From contig SHMW01000105.1 in assembly GCA_008080735.1 (NCBI GenBank), positions 1-12,059 of the forward strand: a stretch of 12,059 nucleotides of DNA, read 5' to 3'. The notes below the pieces were generated by a model that was not told where the DNA came from, did not search any database, and saw only the letters and a program-made list of their open reading frames with translations. The DNA is from Promethearchaeota archaeon (lineage in GTDB: Archaea > Asgardarchaeota > Lokiarchaeia > Sigyniarchaeales > SOKP01). Shown here in pieces: positions 7,103-12,059 of this stretch (position 1 is the first letter of the stretch; every line of letters begins with the position of its first letter). Both the position numbers and the translations under genes were made by a program.

Positions 7103-8857
7103 TTAACTGCTGACCAATGGGTTCTCAAACCAGACTACTGCAAGATACACAAATCCTAAAGAATTGAATTCCTCACAATTTGCTACGATATCTAAATCTC
7201 CGTCAAGATCCATATCAATGAACTGGGCTTGATCCCATTTCTCACCGTTATATTCTCCCAATCCGATAAATCCATCACCCCATTTTATCACATTAGTTTG
7301 CCATGTGGCGTTTGCGAAATTAGAACCAGAATAATTCATCCAATAAACCACCGCTTTGTCTCTTGGTAAATATCCATCATGGTGGATAAGCATTCCTAAA
7401 ATGTCCGGTTTTAAATCTTTATTTAGATCCCCTATTTCTAAAGTCCGAGTTCTCCATGTAGTAAATGGTGGTTTAGAAATTTTTACTAAATCCCACCTTG
7501 TCCCTCCATCCGAATTGTTAAAAATATAGATTTGGGAGACTGTAGAAATAAGTACTTCGGGAAATGAATCGTTATTAAAGTCATAGAGAGCGACTTGCTC
7601 TTTGGTGTAGAAATCTGGGTTTTGATAAATTATTGTTTTATTCCATTCGAGAATTTGGTTTGGATTTCCTGCACCAGGATTCTCATACCACAGGATTTTT
7701 TGATCACTGGCTTTAGTATCCCAATCTGAATTACAGACTACAATATCATCATCACCGTCTTGATCAATATCTCCAAATTCGAATCCATGAGCACTCTCAA
7801 TTGTAGAATCAATATTGTGGACTTTCCAATTAGACATATTTCTACTCTGAATCTTATCGTTCGGTGCCTCTAGCCACTTTAATCCTGCTTTCGGATTAGT
7901 CCCTCGCCCTCCTACCACTATGTCTGTAAAATTATCCTTATTTATATCATATCCCCTTACGAAGTGAAATTGCCCTTGATTTCGAGTATCGGGAATATCA
8001 GTACTCATAATCCATTTTTCGGGATTTTCAGATTCACTAGCGTTTGGGGCCCATATAATTAGAACCCCTGATTGAGCTCCAAACTCCTCTCCATGAGCTA
8101 CCACCACATCTGTATTGTTATCATTATCAAAATCTCCGAAAGCTGAACTCTCCGCATTTTCTATTCTTCCAATATTAATCGCTTTCCAACGCTGATGAAC
8201 ATTCGCCGTCCCGGGATGGAATGCTATACGTAAATGTCCATCCCATTCATAATTCGTGATATAATCATCAAATCCATCTTTATTCACATCAGCATTATCT
8301 AATCCATTAGGTAATACATATCCGGGATTATCTATCTGATGAAGCTTCCATACCTGCACGGACGGATCTACAGGAAGAGTTCCTCGTGCTAAAAATCCAT
8401 ATGGAATAATGATGGATAAGACAATTATAAAAATTAGAATTCGAGTAATTATCAATTTATTCTTTGTAAAATAGCCAATTGTTCTAATGAATAATCCAAT
8501 AATATACCCTAAAACAAGTATTCCAACAAGAAAAAACAAGATATAATTTTTGCTATAGAGGAAAACCAAAAGAACCGCAAATGATATTCCAAGCAATTGA
8601 TAGAGTGAAAAATCCTTATATCTAACATAAACCACCAATTTTCTGGAATTAAGAATTTTAATCACATAAAAAATGAGTGCTGGAATTATTATGATTAGAG
8701 AGAATCCAATGCTCATAAAAATTATAAAACCTAACAAATAAAAGTTTATAACAAAATCAACTATTCCATATAGAATAATAAGAAGTGAAATGAAATTCAA
8801 AATCACCATGAGATAAGAAATATCAACTTTACTGATATTCTTTTTCAGAATTTCCAT
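7103..8857 (-). CDS. Membrane-anchored FG-GAP/VCBS-type repeat beta-propeller protein
   Basis: About 5 N-terminal hydrophobic segments, then seven DxD/NxDxxxD-type loops: DVNKDGFDD, DFDNDNNTD, DINKDNFTD, DIDQDGDDD, DFNNDSFPE, DLNKDLKPD, DMDLDGDLD, with WYENP/WFENP strands. Confidence 0.85.
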   Translation of the reverse strand: MEILKKNISKVDISYLMVILNFISLLIILYGIVDFVINFYLLGFIIFMSIGFSLIIIIPALIFYVIKILNSRKLVVYVRYKDFSLYQLLGISFAVLLVFLYSKNYILFFLVGILVLGYIIGLFIRTIGYFTKNKLIITRILIFIIVLSIIIPYGFLARGTLPVDPSVQVWKLHQIDNPGYVLPNGLDNADVNKDGFDDYITNYEWDGHLRIAFHPGTANVHQRWKAINIGRIENAESSAFGDFDNDNNTDVVVAHGEEFGAQSGVLIIWAPNASESENPEKWIMSTDIPDTRNQGQFHFVRGYDINKDNFTDIVVGGRGTNPKAGLKWLEAPNDKIQSRNMSNWKVHNIDSTIESAHGFEFGDIDQDGDDDIVVCNSDWDTKASDQKILWYENPGAGNPNQILEWNKTIIYQNPDFYTKEQVALYDFNNDSFPEVLISTVSQIYIFNNSDGGTRWDLVKISKPPFTTWRTRTLEIGDLNKDLKPDILGMLIHHDGYLPRDKAVVYWMNYSGSNFANATWQTNVIKWGDGFIGLGEYNGEKWDQAQFIDMDLDGDLDIVANCEEFNSLGFVYLAVVWFENPLVSS

Positions 8858-9066
8858 TTTTAAGAAATTAATAAGAAAATTTGTAGAGTTATTTAGAATT
8901 CGATTTCTAGATATTTATTATTTATGAAATGGGATCACAATAAGGTCATAAAAACAAGAAAGAGTTGGATAGATTTAAGTGTGAATATGAGAAAAATTAA
9001 AAAAATAAGGAACTTTCTAAAAAATATCAACAAAATAATGAGTATTATTCCCCAAAATAAACGGCT

Positions 9067-9170
9067 GGGAGGGTAGTCTAGCTTGGTATGATTCTCGGCT
9101 GGGGGCTGAGTGTTCCAATCAAGAAGATTGGTCCAAGTACAGGTCGCGGGTTCGAATCCCGTCTCTCCCA
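9067..9170 (+). tRNA. tRNA-Pro (GGG) with a 30-nt insertion (about 9111-9140) in the variable region
   Basis: Acceptor stem GGGAGGG/CTCTCCC with discriminator A; D arm GTCTAGCTTGGTATGAT; anticodon arm CTCGG-CTGGGGG-CTGAG (GGG at 9101-9103); T arm GCGGG-TTCGAAT-CCCGT. CCA is not encoded and a T-rich tract follows. Confidence 0.93.
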
Positions 9171-9419
9171 CTATTTACTTTCTCTTTAAATCTTCCTTTT
9201 TATTTCAATAAAGTTGATGATGAAATAGCTTTTTCTTAGAATCAAAAATTTCAGCGGAAGATATCACTCCCATAATACCCAGATATATATAAAACCGCAG
9301 GAAACATCTATTTCACGAAGATTAGATCTATATTACTTTAATCATTTGTAATAATAATTTAAATTGTAAAGAATATTAAATCAAATCAACTAACAAATAA
9401 TTCACAAATTTGTAATAAT

Positions 9420-10070
9420 ATGTTATTTCTAAACAATCCCGAAGCGACTGATGACGCATTAAGCATCCTTCGCGACCCTATAAATTTCAATTTTTATGTA
9501 ATTTTCCTCTTGGTGGCTGTATTATACCTTTATTTCAATGAGATGAATAAAGGAAATTGGAATGGGATTGCCGCGGGGATGATGCTCTACATGATTCATT
9601 GGTTTGTAGAAATTATCAACGGAATAGTTCAATTTTTTTCAGGACACGCCTTATGGACAGTACCGACAGGAACCGCATATTTGGTACTCATAGGGTTGGG
9701 AATAGAATTAAATCTGATGTTTGCGATAGCTGGGTTAGCAACAAGTAAATTATTACCAGAAGATCGAAGTGAAAAAATATTCGGTATTCCCAAGATGCTT
9801 TTGATAGGTATTGGAAATGCGGCTTTGGCGTCGATAATCGAGATCTTTTTAATTATGACACCCGCATTTGTATGGGTATACGAATGGTGGAACGCGCTTA
9901 CGGTGTTTATTTTTGTGTATATTCCCTTCTTTGTGGGTGCGGCATATGCTTATTACTGGAATCCGAAAAAGCAAAAATTGGTAATAGGGTCAATCGCTCT
10001 GATTAACGTAGTGCTATTGATAATATTTGCGGGGATTTTACCGGCTATTCTTGGTACAATTGTTATCTAA
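9420..10070 (+). CDS. Hypothetical multi-pass membrane protein
   Basis: 216-aa ORF with 6-7 hydrophobic segments containing buried polar residues (HWFVEIIN, GIELNLMF, IIEIFL). T-rich tract after the stop. Confidence 0.8.
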   Translation: MLFLNNPEATDDALSILRDPINFNFYVIFLLVAVLYLYFNEMNKGNWNGIAAGMMLYMIHWFVEIINGIVQFFSGHALWTVPTGTAYLVLIGLGIELNLMFAIAGLATSKLLPEDRSEKIFGIPKMLLIGIGNAALASIIEIFLIMTPAFVWVYEWWNALTVFIFVYIPFFVGAAYAYYWNPKKQKLVIGSIALINVVLLIIFAGILPAILGTIVI

Positions 10071-10232
10071 TCTTTATCTTCTCTTTTATTTTTATTTTAT
10101 TATTTTTTCTATCCAATTTCCTGATTAAAAGAATAGGATCAAGCATAAATTCTAGAATCTATAAAAAGAATGTTTTTTAGCATAAATAATGGTTTGTAAC
10201 TAATAGATTATTAAAATTTCAGAGGTGTAAGA

Positions 10233-11060
10233 ATGGAATTCACGATAAACTCAAAAATAGAACTTAATAATGGTCTTGAAATGCCGAGATTTGGGCTTGG
10301 AACATGGAAATTAAAGAGAGAATCAGTGGTAAACCCAGTAAAATGGGCATTAAACATGGGATATCGCTTAATTGATACAGCGACTTTTTACAGAAATGAA
10401 AAGTATATTGCCAAAGCTATAAAAGAGAGCGGGCTTTCAAGAGATGAGTTATTCATAACCTCAAAAGTGTGGGACACAGATCAAGGGTATGACAATACTT
10501 TAAGTGCATTTGAAAACAGTCTTAGAAAATTAGATACAGAGTATTTGGATTTATATTTGATCCATTGGCCAAGAAAGAGAAGGAATGAGACATGGAAAGC
10601 GCTTGAAAAATTGTATTCAGATGGAAAAGTAAAAGCGATCGGAGTGGCGAATTTTGCCATCCAACATCTTGAGGAAATAATAGACACACATGATATTATA
10701 CCTGCAGTAAACCAATTTGAACTTCACCCATTTGATTATTCTGATGAGCAAGATTTAATCGATTATTGCAGAAATAATGATATAAAGGTAGAAGCTTATA
10801 GTCCCTTAACCCATGGGAGAAAATTAAACCATCCAACATTGAAGAAAATAGGAGAAAAATATGATAAATCCGCTGCTCAAGTCTTAATTCGCTGGAGTCT
10901 CCAACAAAATTTTATTTGCATACCCAAATCCGGGAGTGAAAGTCATATCAAAGAAAATGCAAATGTGTTTGATTTCAAATTATCAAGTGAAGATATGGAA
11001 GAAATAAATACTATTAAAGCAAATTTTAGATTATTAGATGATACGAGTAAATGGAACTAA
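10233..11060 (+). CDS. Aldo/keto reductase (2,5-DKG reductase / AKR5-like)
   Basis: GLGTW, GYRLIDTATFY, ITSKVW, DLYLIHWP (D-Y-K-H tetrad), AIGVAN, AYSPL, IPKS. GAGGTG ribosome-binding site upstream. Confidence 0.95.
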   Translation: MEFTINSKIELNNGLEMPRFGLGTWKLKRESVVNPVKWALNMGYRLIDTATFYRNEKYIAKAIKESGLSRDELFITSKVWDTDQGYDNTLSAFENSLRKLDTEYLDLYLIHWPRKRRNETWKALEKLYSDGKVKAIGVANFAIQHLEEIIDTHDIIPAVNQFELHPFDYSDEQDLIDYCRNNDIKVEAYSPLTHGRKLNHPTLKKIGEKYDKSAAQVLIRWSLQQNFICIPKSGSESHIKENANVFDFKLSSEDMEEINTIKANFRLLDDTSKWN

Positions 11061-11072
11061 ATCTTCGAAAAG

Positions 11073-11906
11073 GTGAATAGTGAACTCATGAATTTGAATA
11101 TTGAATCGACCTATAAGCTTAATAATGGACTTGAAATACCTATTTTAGGTTTCGGTACATGGGATTTAAGAGGTAAAACAGCGCTTAATGCAACAATTTG
11201 GGCATTAGAATCGGGGTATCGTTTAATAGATACTGCCTCTTTTTATAACAACGAGGTTGAAGTGGGAGAGGCGATCATCGCAAACGGGATATCTCGAGAG
11301 GATATCTTCATTACCACGAAAGTCTGGGAGACTGAAATGGGGTACCAAAATACGATAAATGCGTTTGAAAGGAGTCTCAATCGATTGAATGTGGATTATA
11401 TCGATCTGTATCTTATTCATTGGCCCCGGGCAAAACGCTTGGAAACCTGGCACGCAATGGAAACGCTGTATGAAGAAGGGAGGGTAAAAGCAATTGGAGT
11501 TAGTAACTTTAAAATTAGTCATTTAGACCAGATATTAAATAATTCAGAAATTATACCAACAGTAAATCAGATAGAATTTTCTCCCTTTCTTTTTCAAAAA
11601 GAACTCTTAGAACATTGCCGAGATCATAACATTAAAATAGAAGCATATGCCCCACTCACGAGAACAAATAAATTTAATAATCCCGTTATTGGAGAGATGA
11701 GCCAGAAGTACGAAAAAAGTCCTGCTCAAATATTAATCCGATGGGGGCTTCAACATCACTTAGTAGAGATCCCACGATCCAGCAGTAAAAGGCATATAAA
11801 AGAAAACGCGGACATTTTTGATTTTGAAATTGATATTAACGATATGGAAAAGCTTGATGGTCTTGATGAGGGGTTCCGAGCCGTCGAGGATCCCATATTC
11901 GATTAA
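11073..11906 (+). CDS. Aldo/keto reductase (2,5-DKG reductase / AKR5-like), tandem paralog
   Basis: GFGTW, GYRLIDTASFY, ITTKVW, DLYLIHWP, AIGVSNF, IPRS. AGGTGA at 11071-11076 suggests the real start is ATG 11088. Confidence 0.95.
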   Translation: MNSELMNLNIESTYKLNNGLEIPILGFGTWDLRGKTALNATIWALESGYRLIDTASFYNNEVEVGEAIIANGISREDIFITTKVWETEMGYQNTINAFERSLNRLNVDYIDLYLIHWPRAKRLETWHAMETLYEEGRVKAIGVSNFKISHLDQILNNSEIIPTVNQIEFSPFLFQKELLEHCRDHNIKIEAYAPLTRTNKFNNPVIGEMSQKYEKSPAQILIRWGLQHHLVEIPRSSSKRHIKENADIFDFEIDINDMEKLDGLDEGFRAVEDPIFD

Positions 11907-11969
11907 GCTTATTTTTTTGCAAGATAAAAATTTTTTGAATTTCTCTAGTTTATCATTTGAATGATGAGA

Positions 11970-12059
11970 GTGAACTACATATCCCCTCAAGGGGGTGGCT
12001 TCAACCATTCGGCTAGGCCTTTGCGACGCTAACTTCATTCGGTTGTTCGGGGCATTCAC
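11970..12059 (-). mobile_element. Right end / omegaRNA scaffold of an IS200/IS605- or IS607-family (TnpB-type) element, cut by the window edge
   Basis: Abrupt GC-rich segment. Minus strand ends GAAGCCAC-CCCC-TTGA-GGGG-ATATGTAGTTCAC, the typical GAAGCC...hairpin...GTAGTTCAC right-end pattern. It translates to a TnpB-tail-like EATPLRGYVVH. Confidence 0.8.

Noticed and set aside
8935-9171. 78-aa minus-strand ORF starting MGETGFEPAT
   Set aside because: This is the antisense translation of the tRNA T arm plus A-rich flank.
9557-11522. ORFs 9557-9748, 10481-10687 and 11223-11522
   Set aside because: Alternate-frame or antisense ORFs lying wholly inside well-supported genes.
11760-12059. 99-aa minus-strand ORF as an independent gene
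   Set aside because: Only the first 30 codons lie in the IS-like end and may be a TnpB tail; the rest is readthrough into flank and antisense AKR sequence.
11970-12059. SRP RNA, RNase P RNA or rRNA fragment
   Set aside because: No conserved motif of these RNAs recognised; the GAAGCC-hairpin-GTAGTTCAC pattern fits an IS right end better.
1-12059. CRISPR array, tRNA-derived att repeat, or a second in-window match to the candidate TnpB guide
   Set aside because: By eye I found no regularly spaced repeats, no duplicate of the tRNA 3' end, no integrase and no second guide match.

Overview
AT-rich archaeal DNA, most consistent with an Asgard archaeon (Lokiarchaeia-like); this is inferred from gene content and the style of the LRR and membrane proteins. 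From left to right: a probable two-gene toxin-antitoxin module (small helical protein plus DUF6516/TumE-like protein); a decayed leucine-rich-repeat pseudogene absent from the ORF track, joined to a 5'-truncated JAMM/MPN+ metalloprotease gene that converges on proteasome beta (psmB); rps8e; a TspO-like membrane protein; a possible 40-aa membrane peptide; srp19-hypA; an enoyl-CoA hydratase; a membrane-protein gene split at a T8 run; a membrane-anchored protein with seven FG-GAP/VCBS-type repeats; tRNA-Pro(GGG) with a 30-nt insert in the variable region; a hypothetical membrane protein; and two tandem aldo/keto reductases. The last 90 nt look like the right end / omegaRNA scaffold of an IS200/IS605- or IS607-type TnpB element, with a readable candidate guide. 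All calls are from motif recognition by eye; no searches were run.
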